The position numbers and the translations under genes are program-made. DNA of 64,000 bases from an uncultured Candidatus Saccharibacteria bacterium (GTDB taxonomy: Bacteria; Patescibacteriota; Minisyncoccia; Phycocordibacterales; CSBR16-119), in contig CAZBAG010000001.1 of the NCBI GenBank assembly GCA_964490365.1, forward strand, positions 56,459-120,458, written 5' to 3'. Below the pieces are notes generated by a model, which made no database searches, had not been told where the DNA came from, and saw nothing but the letters and a program-made list of their open reading frames with translations. This document shows positions 1 through 7,527 of the stretch, piece by piece (positions within the stretch are counted from its first letter, which is position 1; each line of letters opens with the position of its first letter).

Positions 1-2
1 TT

Positions 3-1064
3 CTTTTAGCATCTGCACTTATTCAAGAACCAGATATTTTATTACTCGACGAACCAACGAATAACCTAGATAAAGCAGGCATTGCTCACCTGACAGATTT
101 TTTGGTGCACTATCAAAAAACAGTGATTGTGATTTCTCACGACGCCCATTTCTTAAATGCCTTTACTGACGCCGTTCTCTATCTTGATGTCTATACGCGA
201 AAAATCGAACAGTATGTTGGGAACTATACTGATGTACGTGATCAGATTGCAGCTCGAATGGAAAGAGAAAATAGAAAGAACGCACTTTTGGCAAAAGAAA
301 TTCAAGCAAAAAAAGATCAAGCAAATAAATTTGCTATGAAAGGAGGAAACTTGCGTGCAGTAGCAAAAAGAATGCGAGATCTCGCAGAAGAGCTCGAAGA
401 AGAGAAGGTGGATGTACGGAAAGAAGATAAAACCATAAAAAGTTTCACCATACCGTTTCAGGAAGATCTCAATGGAGATATTTTAACACTCTCATCCGTT
501 TCTCTTTTAAAGAAAGGAAAACCAATAACAAAAAAAGTAAATATTAAAGTACGAAAAAATCACCATCTTTTATTGGCTGGACCAAACGGTATTGGTAAAA
601 GTACACTCCTTGAATCCTTGGCACATGGAAAAGCTGAAGGTGGTCAGATACTTGAAGAAGCTCGAGTGGGATACTATCGACAAGATTTTTCAACACTTGA
701 TTTCAATGAAACTCCTTACAAATCTCTTTCACAATCAATGCTTAAGATATTTGGACGTGTAGATGAGCAGCACATTAGAACTGTGCTTGCTGGCTTTTTA
801 GTACAAGGAGAAATGGTGCATACGAAAATTGGCAGTCTTTCTGAAGGGCAAAAAGGTTTGGTAGCCTTTGCACAACTTGTTATTGAACGACCTGGTCTTC
901 TCATTCTCGACGAGCCAACAAACCATATAAATTTTCGTCACTTACCCGTTATTGCAAAAGCACTTGATGAGTATAAGGGTGCAATGGTACTTGTTTCTCA
1001 CGTTCCAGAATTTGTTGATCAAATCCGCATCGATGAAGTGCTTGATTTAGGAAAAAATAGTTAA
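3..1064 (+). CDS. ABC-F family ATPase (two ABC domains), 5'-partial; the ORF is open to the window edge
   Basis: The frame is continuous from nt 3 (LLASALIQEPDILLLDEPTNNLD...). A second Walker A (GPNGIGKST) and an LSEGQK signature follow, with a charged linker between the ABC domains typical of ABC-F proteins. Confidence 0.8.
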   Translation, partial: LLASALIQEPDILLLDEPTNNLDKAGIAHLTDFLVHYQKTVIVISHDAHFLNAFTDAVLYLDVYTRKIEQYVGNYTDVRDQIAARMERENRKNALLAKEIQAKKDQANKFAMKGGNLRAVAKRMRDLAEELEEEKVDVRKEDKTIKSFTIPFQEDLNGDILTLSSVSLLKKGKPITKKVNIKVRKNHHLLLAGPNGIGKSTLLESLAHGKAEGGQILEEARVGYYRQDFSTLDFNETPYKSLSQSMLKIFGRVDEQHIRTVLAGFLVQGEMVHTKIGSLSEGQKGLVAFAQLVIERPGLLILDEPTNHINFRHLPVIAKALDEYKGAMVLVSHVPEFVDQIRIDEVLDLGKNS

Positions 1065-1172
1065 GGGCTTCTAAAAATATGCTCACTTAAAAGGAAAAAA
1101 GTAGGTCTATTTTAAATTTAAAAGTTTGATATACTATCTCTAGGAAATTTATTAATTTAATGTAAAGAATTC

Positions 1173-1541
1173 ATGAAAAAAGCAAAAGTGTTGTTTTGGA
1201 TTTCAACAAGTCTCATATTTTTATTCGAAGGAGTCTTAGTAGCTTTTACTTCTCACTCAGAAATGTCGATCGCTGGTATTGTGGGCCTCGGATATCCTTT
1301 GTACTTCGTAACGATACTTGCTGTCTTCAAAGTACTTGGATCTCTTGCGCTTATACTGCCAATGGTTCCAGCTCGAGTAAAAGAGTGGGCATATGCAGGA
1401 TTTGCAATTGATTTCATTTGCGCATTCTTGAGTCTCTGGATTGTTGCTGGCGTAAATATTGGATTAGTAGTTCCGACTATTGCAATGATTGTTCTTGTTA
1501 TCTCGTACACGCAATACCATAAACTTCAAAAAGGACGTTAA
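1173..1541 (+). CDS. DoxX-family small integral membrane protein
   Basis: 122 aa with four hydrophobic segments and a DoxX-like pattern. Family assignment is from memory. Confidence 0.55.
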   Translation: MKKAKVLFWISTSLIFLFEGVLVAFTSHSEMSIAGIVGLGYPLYFVTILAVFKVLGSLALILPMVPARVKEWAYAGFAIDFICAFLSLWIVAGVNIGLVVPTIAMIVLVISYTQYHKLQKGR

Positions 1542-1624
1542 TTATTAGTTAATTATATTTGTATGGCAAAAGGTAACAACGCTCGCAAAAAAGAAACCAA
1601 AAAACCAAAGAAAGTGAAATAAAT

Positions 1625-1655
1625 AAAAGCCCGGCATGAATGTCGGGCTTTTATT
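1625..1655 (+). terminator. intrinsic terminator (GCCCGGCA-tgaa-TGTCGGGC followed by TTTTATT)
   Basis: An 8-bp stem with one G-U pair, then a T-run. Confidence 0.7.
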
Positions 1656-1668
1656 ATATAATTCACGA

Positions 1669-1911
1669 ATGAACTATTTTGTGTATATTTTGGAGTGTCA
1701 TGATAAAACTTTGTATGTTGGTTCTACAAACAACCTAGAAAAGAGGCTTCATGCACATAATTATTTAAAATCAGGCGCCCACTATACGAAAATTCGTCGA
1801 CCAGTAGTTTTGCAATATTATGAAAAATACAAAACCTATGCAAAATCGAGAAGTCGAGAAGCAGAGTTAAAAAGGTTACGTAGGGAAGAGAAAATAAAAT
1901 TATATCTTTGA
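1669..1911 (+). CDS. GIY-YIG nuclease-domain protein (UPF0213-like)
   Basis: [28 protein letters not shown] ... [11 protein letters not shown] is a GIY-YIG pattern. Start set at the ATG after the terminator hairpin. Confidence 0.7.
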   Translation: MNYFVYILECHDKTLYVGSTNNLEKRLHAHNYLKSGAHYTKIRRPVVLQYYEKYKTYAKSRSREAELKRLRREEKIKLYL

Positions 1912-3171
1912 TCCAGCATCATTTCCCGCAACATATCCAGTTGTCCAGCATAGTTGAAGACTGTATCCTCCAGATGGTCGGTCAATATTGAGTAAGTCTC
2001 CAATAATATATAGGTTCGAGTATTTTTTTGATTGCATGGTTTTAACATCAACTTCTTCGAGTGATACGCCGCCAGAAGACACAATTGCCTTGTCCTGTCC
2101 AAGTAATCCACGCACTTCCATCTTCATATGTTTTATTGCCCCCACAAGTGAAATTCTTTCCTTACGAGACAAACTATTGTTGGTAGTTTCTCCAGGAACC
2201 GTTGCTTGTGCACAAACGCTTTCTATGAGCGCTTTTGGAATAAGTCTATCAAGAGAATTTTTAATCATTTTCTTATGCTCATCTTTACACAAGAGCTGAA
2301 GTTTTTCGTTGAGAGTTCCATAGTTTTCATCGGGTAAGAGATCAAGCTCAATATGTACGGGCGCGTATCGTAACAATTCTCGAATATCTTTACTCATGTT
2401 GAGTACTGTTGGCCCAGAAATCCCAAAATGGGTAAATAAAAGTTTACCTTTTCGAATATCTTGTTTTTTGTTGTCTTGAAAGAGTGACAGTTTAATATTT
2501 GTAAGCGTGACACCTTGCAATTTTCTTACCCACGTGTCTTTGATGGTCACTGGAACAAGTGACGCATCGTTGTCTAATACCGTGTGGCCAAGTTTTCTAA
2601 GCCAAGTAAAACCGTCCCCCGTTGATCCTGTTTCGGGTCTGGACATCCCGCCCGTTGCAAGAATAAATTTTTTAGCCTGTATCGTGCTTCCATTTTTAAA
2701 AACAACTTCTTGAATCATGCCATCTTTTTCTACAATATTTTTTACTGGTGCATTTGAAATAATTTTTACACCACATTTTTGTAGTTCGTTTACAAGCACA
2801 TCCCATACTGATTCGGCGCGGTTGGTAACAGGGAAGACGCGCCCTTCGTTTTCAACTTTTGTGTGTAGTCCTCGAAAGTGAAAAAATTCTAGAGATTTTG
2901 AAACTCCAAATTTTGAAAATGGTGAAAAGAGAAACGGCGAAGCGTCTTTATATTTTGAGAGGAGAGTCCGTGTATTAAATTCTGCGTTTGTCATATTACA
3001 ACGACCCCCGCCAGTGATGAGAAGTTTTTTGCCAAGAATATCGTTTTTCTCAATAATGAGAATATCTAGACCGCTGTTGGCTCGAGCGGCTGTTCCTGCC
3101 GCCATCATGCCTGCTGGGCCACCCCCAACTACGACAATATCCCAAAGTGTTCTTGGTTCATGTTTTTCCAT
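1900..3171 (-). CDS. HI0933-like NAD(P)/FAD-dependent flavoprotein (BaiN/YhiN family oxidoreductase)
   Basis: N-terminal [16 protein letters not shown] Rossmann motif and a GGGRCN motif. Length about 420 aa. The 3' end overlaps the GIY-YIG gene by 12 nt. Confidence 0.8.
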   Translation of the reverse strand: MEKHEPRTLWDIVVVGGGPAGMMAAGTAARANSGLDILIIEKNDILGKKLLITGGGRCNMTNAEFNTRTLLSKYKDASPFLFSPFSKFGVSKSLEFFHFRGLHTKVENEGRVFPVTNRAESVWDVLVNELQKCGVKIISNAPVKNIVEKDGMIQEVVFKNGSTIQAKKFILATGGMSRPETGSTGDGFTWLRKLGHTVLDNDASLVPVTIKDTWVRKLQGVTLTNIKLSLFQDNKKQDIRKGKLLFTHFGISGPTVLNMSKDIRELLRYAPVHIELDLLPDENYGTLNEKLQLLCKDEHKKMIKNSLDRLIPKALIESVCAQATVPGETTNNSLSRKERISLVGAIKHMKMEVRGLLGQDKAIVSSGGVSLEEVDVKTMQSKKYSNLYIIGDLLNIDRPSGGYSLQLCWTTGYVAGNDAGSKI

Positions 3172-3193
3172 ACCGAGATAGTAGCACAATTAT

Positions 3194-3221
3194 TTGACAA
3201 TATAAAACTTTGTTGTAATAT
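3194..3221 (+). promoter_or_regulatory. sigma70-like promoter (TTGACA - 16 nt - TAATAT)
   Basis: Consensus -35 at 3194-3199 and a -10-like hexamer at 3216-3221, upstream of the CDS at 3261. Confidence 0.4.
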
Positions 3222-3260
3222 TCATTTTGGACATTCGTACCACAAAACATAACAAGAAAC

Positions 3261-3713
3261 ATGAGCAAAACAGCTCCAACCTGTGTTCGGGTTCGTACAA
3301 ACGAACAAATGGATATTGATCAGCTGGTTATTCGGCGTCGCCAAGACTTTACCCTTGCTGTTACGCTGGGTGATGGAAGTGTTGTAGAAGCTCGTATGCA
3401 ACCACGAGGCAATCTGGTTGCCGGCAAAACACTTGATCTGTCGGCTCATATTTTCATCAACTCTTTGTTGATAAGCGCTTTCTCGCTTAACAAAAAAGAA
3501 TTTGATGTTTCAGATGCCGATGTACTCGTTGGTTTCTTACAGTCAGAAGATTTTCAGGTGAACGGAGATGCTATTGTAGTTCTTCATCCCAAACATCAAG
3601 AGATGGCCCTCATCAACATTTCCACCGACACCTATCCTTGGTCGGCTGTGTTCGAGTCCGTTCGTGAACTTGCTCGTCACAAGTCTGCGGAGAAAGAGCT
3701 CGCGACAGCTTAA
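3261..3713 (+). CDS. hypothetical protein (150 aa), GC-richer than its neighbours
   Basis: Clean ORF bounded by a consensus promoter upstream and a perfect 10-bp terminator downstream. No family recognised. Confidence 0.55.
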   Translation: MSKTAPTCVRVRTNEQMDIDQLVIRRRQDFTLAVTLGDGSVVEARMQPRGNLVAGKTLDLSAHIFINSLLISAFSLNKKEFDVSDADVLVGFLQSEDFQVNGDAIVVLHPKHQEMALINISTDTYPWSAVFESVRELARHKSAEKELATA

Positions 3714-3720
3714 CTCTTTG

Positions 3721-3750
3721 GCCGCACACGCTAGCGTGTGCGGCTTTTTT
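3721..3750 (+). terminator. intrinsic terminator (GCCGCACACG-ctag-CGTGTGCGGC, then TTTTTT)
   Basis: Perfect 10-bp GC-rich stem followed by a T6 run. Confidence 0.85.
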
Positions 3751-3782
3751 GTGGATATGTTTTGGCGTGAAGAGTCGCTTCT

Positions 3783-4817
3783 ATGTATACTTATAGTATG
3801 AACACAAAGATTCCTCCAAAATATTTTTTCTTTACACTTTTTATTCTTGCACTTGCATTTACTATTTTTCTTTTTAAACCGTTTCTTACAGTCTTAGTAC
3901 TCTCGGCTTCATTGGCTCTTGTATTCAGTCCTATCTATAAATGGTTGCAATCAAAAATGCAGTGGCAATCCGGCTGGCTTGCCTCGATACTCACAGTCCT
4001 TCTGTTTGTCGTTGTTCTATGTGGACCACTCTTTCTAGTTGGTAAGCTCGTGTTCCAACAATCAACAGAACTCTATCAATCACTTACTTCAACCTATGAT
4101 TCAAATCAGTTTCTTGAACAACTCGAAGTTCAGATTACAAGTTTTGTTCCAGAAAATATTGATATTGACCTGAAACAACGTGTTGCAGATGTTGTTGCTA
4201 CGCTTTCAGATGATATTGGTAACATATTTAGCTCGACACTTCATACACTCTTTTCTTTCTTATTGGTCTTACTTTCAATGTTTTATTTTCTCAAAGATGG
4301 ACACCGTTGGAAAAAAACAATGATTTCTCTAAGTCCACTTCCTGACACGTACGATAAAAAAGTGGTAACACGACTAACAAAAGCAGTGAATGGGATTTTG
4401 CTCGGATATTTATTTATTGGTTTTGCTCAAGGAGCACTGCTCGGTATTGGTCTTGCAATCTTCGGTGTACCAAATGCTGTTTTGTTTGGCGTGATTGCAG
4501 CGATTGCATCTTTGGTGCCCATGGTTGGTACCGGCCTTGTGGCGATTCCTGTTATTTTATTTTTATTTGCAACCGGGGACACTGCTTCTGCGGTCGGGCT
4601 TTCTATCTGGTCGGGAGTGGTTGTCGGTGCATCTGATGAAATTCTTCGTCCATTGGTTATTGGAAATACACTGAATATTCCACCGCTTCTTGTTCTGTTC
4701 TCTGTGCTCGGGGGTATTGCACTGCTTGGTCCAATCGGAGTGCTTATAGGTCCTCTTGTTATCAGTCTTCTCCACGCACTGATTTCTATTTATAGAGATG
4801 GTGAGGTACTCGAATAA
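3783..4817 (+). CDS. AI-2E family transporter (UPF0118 / PerM-like permease)
   Basis: 344 aa polytopic membrane protein with the AI-2E-like layout and glycine-rich C-terminal TMs. Recognised from memory. Confidence 0.65.
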   Translation: MYTYSMNTKIPPKYFFFTLFILALAFTIFLFKPFLTVLVLSASLALVFSPIYKWLQSKMQWQSGWLASILTVLLFVVVLCGPLFLVGKLVFQQSTELYQSLTSTYDSNQFLEQLEVQITSFVPENIDIDLKQRVADVVATLSDDIGNIFSSTLHTLFSFLLVLLSMFYFLKDGHRWKKTMISLSPLPDTYDKKVVTRLTKAVNGILLGYLFIGFAQGALLGIGLAIFGVPNAVLFGVIAAIASLVPMVGTGLVAIPVILFLFATGDTASAVGLSIWSGVVVGASDEILRPLVIGNTLNIPPLLVLFSVLGGIALLGPIGVLIGPLVISLLHALISIYRDGEVLE

Positions 4818-4859
4818 TCGGTATACTATTCTAGGTTAATTGATTAATACAATAATTTT

Positions 4860-5396
4860 ATGATCACAAAAATAATAGCAGGGGTTTTGGTGTTAGGGAG
4901 TGTTTCTTTTTTTGTTTTTAAAAATGATAAAGCTCCAGCACCTGCTGATACTTCAATAGAAGAATCAGTGCAAGAAAATTCTTCAGAAAGTTTATCAAAA
5001 GACTTCAACGAAAAAACAACATTGGCAAAGCTCGTAGAGAAGGGAGGAAACCACAAATGCACCTTTGGTCACACAACACAAGTTGGCACATCGACTGGTA
5101 CTGTCTATATTTCAGGTAAAAAAATTCGAGGAGATTTTGTAAGTAAAGTATCTATCGCCGAACTCCCAGGTCTTAACGACATTAATTCTTCAATGATCAG
5201 TGATGGGGAATCAATCTATACATGGTCGTCAATGACTCCAGAAGGATACAAAGCTTCGGTTAAACAAGAAACGTCTACGACCACCACACAAACAAATGTT
5301 CCAACTAATCAAGAACTTGATTATAGTTGCACTGCTTGGATGGTTGATGAATCGAAGTTTTCATTGCCGACACACATTACGTTTAAAACAATATAA
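4860..5396 (+). CDS. hypothetical membrane-anchored protein (N-terminal TM, Ser/Thr-rich region)
   Basis: ORF with an N-terminal hydrophobic helix and no recognisable family. Confidence 0.5.
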   Translation: MITKIIAGVLVLGSVSFFVFKNDKAPAPADTSIEESVQENSSESLSKDFNEKTTLAKLVEKGGNHKCTFGHTTQVGTSTGTVYISGKKIRGDFVSKVSIAELPGLNDINSSMISDGESIYTWSSMTPEGYKASVKQETSTTTTQTNVPTNQELDYSCTAWMVDESKFSLPTHITFKTI

Positions 5397-5400
5397 AAGA

Positions 5401-5431
5401 AAAAAGACTTGCATGTTCTGCAGGTCTTTTT
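5401..5431. terminator. bidirectional intrinsic terminator (AAAA-AGACTTGCA-tgttc-TGCAGGTCT-TTTT)
   Basis: 9-bp stem with one wobble, flanked by an A-run and a T-run. It sits between the convergent 3' ends at 5396 (+) and 5439 (-). Confidence 0.7.
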
Positions 5432-5438
5432 GTTTGGC

Positions 5439-5606
5439 TTTATATTACGACGTCCACTTCAACACGTCTTTCTTCGGCAATTGATCTGAGTAGTTGCAGA
5501 GGAAATGGGTGCAGTTGTTTTTTCTTGTTGAGTGGTCCAGTTTTATTTTTCTTTGGAACAATAATGTGCAAACTCGTTCTTGGTTTTTTGCCTGTTGGTC
5601 GCCTCA
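5439..5606 (-). CDS. small basic protein, 55 aa (MRRPTGKKPRTSLHIIVPKKNKTGPLNKKKQLHPFPLQLLRSIAEERRVEVDVVI)
   Basis: Hand-translated. It is under the 60-aa cutoff, so it is absent from the ORF track. It ends at the bidirectional terminator and is divergent from the KA-rich peptide gene across a 270-nt AT-rich spacer. Confidence 0.4.
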
Positions 5607-5873
5607 TGTTATTTTTTTAGTTTTTATTTTAAATCATGTCACAACAAAAGTCATCCTTATGTAATTTTTTTACTTTGAAAAATATTTTTTTAAAAAATAA
5701 AAAAAGTTTTACACAGTTTTTATTTTTTGCTCTATGTTTTTTTTCTAAGAAGAAGTAAAATTTTAGTAACGTTCACTTCAAACAATCTTTCCCTTCAGGC
5801 TTTTGTAAAAGTTTAAAGGAGAACGTAGGTTGATATTATTAGTAGTTTTTAATCACGCAAGTGACTAACTAAC

Positions 5874-5966
5874 ATGGCAAAGAAAAAAGCTGCAAAGAAG
5901 AAAGTAGCTAAAAAAGCTGCAAAGAAAAAAGTGGCAAAGAAAAAAGCTGCTAAGAAGAAGCGATAA
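5874..5966 (+). CDS. 30-aa lysine/alanine-rich peptide (MAKKKAAKKKVAKKAAKKKVAKKKAAKKKR), histone-H1-tail-like low complexity
   Basis: ATG-initiated and built from three imperfect tandem ~25-nt repeats. A terminator follows directly. The poly-F ORF on the opposite strand is its mirror artefact. Confidence 0.4.
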   Translation: MAKKKAAKKKVAKKAAKKKVAKKKAAKKKR

Positions 5967-5986
5967 TTTATCCCACTAACATAGAG

Positions 5987-6010
5987 CCTCGCATGTGCGG
6001 GGTTTTGTGT
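5987..6010 (+). terminator. intrinsic terminator (CCTCGC-atgt-GCGGGG, then TTTTGTGTTTTT)
   Basis: 6-bp GC stem followed by a T-rich tract. Confidence 0.6.
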
Positions 6011-6043
6011 TTTTCTTGTTCTGTTTTTGCTATACTTACAAAT

Positions 6044-6526
6044 ATGGAAACATTTAAATTTATACAAAACGTTTGTACTGTATTAGTTGCATTAGGGGTA
6101 ACATTTTTACTGTTAGGATTTGTACGAGAGCGTGTTGAAGAAACTCCAGCTACGCCAGAAAACATGATTCCTACTGAAGCTGTTTCAGTCGTGAGTACAA
6201 AAGGAGTTGTTATCTATCTTGATCAACCGGCTGAACGTGCTGTCATTACAAGTCCACTTACCATATCAGGAAAAGCACCAGGTAATTGGTTTTTTGAGGC
6301 AAGTGCACCTGTTAGCTTGGAAGATCAAAACGGAAATGTTATCACTGAATCGTATATGACAGCGGAAGGTAATTGGATGACAACAGATCATGTTCCATTT
6401 ACAGGAACCATAACGTTTACACTTTCACCAGGGCTTTCAGAGGGTTACCTAATCTTAAGAAAAGATAATCCATCAGGCGAACCTCAGTTTGATGATGTTG
6501 CAAAAATAAAGATTTTATTCCAGTAA
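6044..6526 (+). CDS. secreted/membrane-anchored protein with a Gmad2-like immunoglobulin-like domain
   Basis: Start set at METFKF, which has an N-terminal TM helix. C-terminal region resembles Gmad2/GerM-type domains; recognised from memory. A TATACT -10 box ends 9 nt before the ATG. Confidence 0.5.
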   Translation: METFKFIQNVCTVLVALGVTFLLLGFVRERVEETPATPENMIPTEAVSVVSTKGVVIYLDQPAERAVITSPLTISGKAPGNWFFEASAPVSLEDQNGNVITESYMTAEGNWMTTDHVPFTGTITFTLSPGLSEGYLILRKDNPSGEPQFDDVAKIKILFQ

Positions 6527-6533
6527 TTAAAAA

Positions 6534-6558
6534 AGAAGACCCTGCTTAAGGGTCTTCT
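6534..6558. terminator. hairpin terminator (AGAAGACCC-tgcttaa-GGGTCTTCT), used by the minus-strand gene
   Basis: Perfect 9-bp stem with an A-run on the plus side, which gives a T-run for the minus-strand transcript. Confidence 0.6.
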
Positions 6559-6947
6559 CTGTTTCCCGTGCTCCATGAAGAAGAAGGTATGTCACTATAG
6601 TGCCATGAATATTTTTTAAAGTCGTACTGGTATCTTCCTCGCGAGTGTTTTGATTTTCTCACTACGAAAAATTTGTTACCAATTGAAGTAATCTTTAACT
6701 TTGTACCTCGTACTGTGTACTTTTCGTTTAACCACTTGCCGATAGTATCGGTTTTCTGGTCAATCAAAAAGAAAAAGTGAGTTGAGTCGGCACATGTGGT
6801 ATGCAAAAGTAATCCATGTCCTAGGGCGCGTACGTATTCTCTTGTTTTTTCTTCGTCGCACAGATTAATGGCTGATCGTATTGGTTTTTGGGCGCAAAGA
6901 AAATTGAACACAAAGATGCTCATGATGAATGTAAGATATGTTTTCAT
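6546..6947 (-). CDS. secreted hypothetical protein (signal peptide MKTYLTFIMSIFVFNFLCAQ)
   Basis: ORF with a convincing signal peptide starting at an internal Met. The stop codon lies inside the terminator loop. Confidence 0.55.
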   Translation of the reverse strand: MKTYLTFIMSIFVFNFLCAQKPIRSAINLCDEEKTREYVRALGHGLLLHTTCADSTHFFFLIDQKTDTIGKWLNEKYTVRGTKLKITSIGNKFFVVRKSKHSRGRYQYDFKKYSWHYSDIPSSSWSTGNREDP

Positions 6948-7056
6948 GGTGGAATGTTTAAAAGTGCTTTGTAGATTAGTATAAAAAGAAATTAACATTT
7001 TGACAAAAAACTTTTAAATAGTTACAAATAAAAAAGAACCATAAAAACTTGCACAC

Positions 7057-7191
7057 ATGCTTGCTCTTCAAATCCTTGCTCTCGTTCTTCTTCTGTCGTC
7101 GCCATATCTGACACTCTCTTTCATTATGTGGAATTCAGCCCGTGAACTAAAGAAAGAGAGTTTCGACAGTCCAGGAGCCCCTTCACCATGA
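7057..7191 (+). CDS. candidate 44-aa membrane micro-protein (MLALQILALVLLLSSPYLTLSFIMWNSARELKKESFDSPGAPSP)
   Basis: Hand-translated. TTGACA at 7000-7005 and a -10-like element lie upstream, and the stop codon sits in the loop of a GC hairpin terminator. It could instead be an sRNA. Confidence 0.3.
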   Translation: MLALQILALVLLLSSPYLTLSFIMWNSARELKKESFDSPGAPSP

Positions 7192-7210
7192 GGGGCTCTT
7201 TCTAGATTTT
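7175..7210 (+). terminator. intrinsic terminator (GAGCCCC...GGGGCTC, then TTTCTAGATTTT)
   Basis: 7-8 bp GC stem with a T-rich tail. Confidence 0.6.
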
Positions 7211-7266
7211 ATGTACGATATTTGCTACACTGTTCTTAGATTTATTAATCTTATTCTCTTAATTAT

Positions 7267-7449
7267 ATGGGAACCGTACTAAAGGTCTTGTTGTGGCTCG
7301 GGTGTATTGCAATCGTTGTGTATTTGGTATTTGGGGTGAGCAAGAAAGACGTTGTTGCACCAGATCCAGAAATGACAGGTGGTGCAGGTGGTGAACGAGC
7401 TCAAACTGGTGTAAATATTGATTTCACTTCAGAGCTTTCAGATAACTAA
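7267..7449 (+). CDS. small membrane protein (60 aa, one TM) with its own terminator
   Basis: ORF with a TM helix, followed by the hairpin AAGAGCCC-caaa-GGGCTTTT at 7461-7480. Confidence 0.45.
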   Translation: MGTVLKVLLWLGCIAIVVYLVFGVSKKDVVAPDPEMTGGAGGERAQTGVNIDFTSELSDN

Positions 7450-7460
7450 GTGTTAGATGC

Positions 7461-7484
7461 AAGAGCCCCAAAGGGCTTTTGTCG
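7461..7484 (+). terminator. intrinsic terminator/attenuator upstream of the efflux operon
   Basis: AGAGCCC-caaa-GGGCTTTTGT. Confidence 0.55.
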
Positions 7485-7527
7485 TTATAAATCTGCTAGT
7501 GATATAATAACTCGTATGATACATACA

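Noticed and set aside
5600-5880. Chromosomal origin (oriC) in the 22%-GC spacer
   Set aside because: No DnaA boxes (TTATCCACA or close variants) found on either strand, and no dnaA or dnaN nearby.
5849-6067. Minus-strand 72-aa ORF rich in poly-Phe/Ala
   Set aside because: It is the antisense reading of the KA-rich repeat (AAG/AAA versus CTT/TTT) plus the Gmad2 gene start. Compositional artefact.
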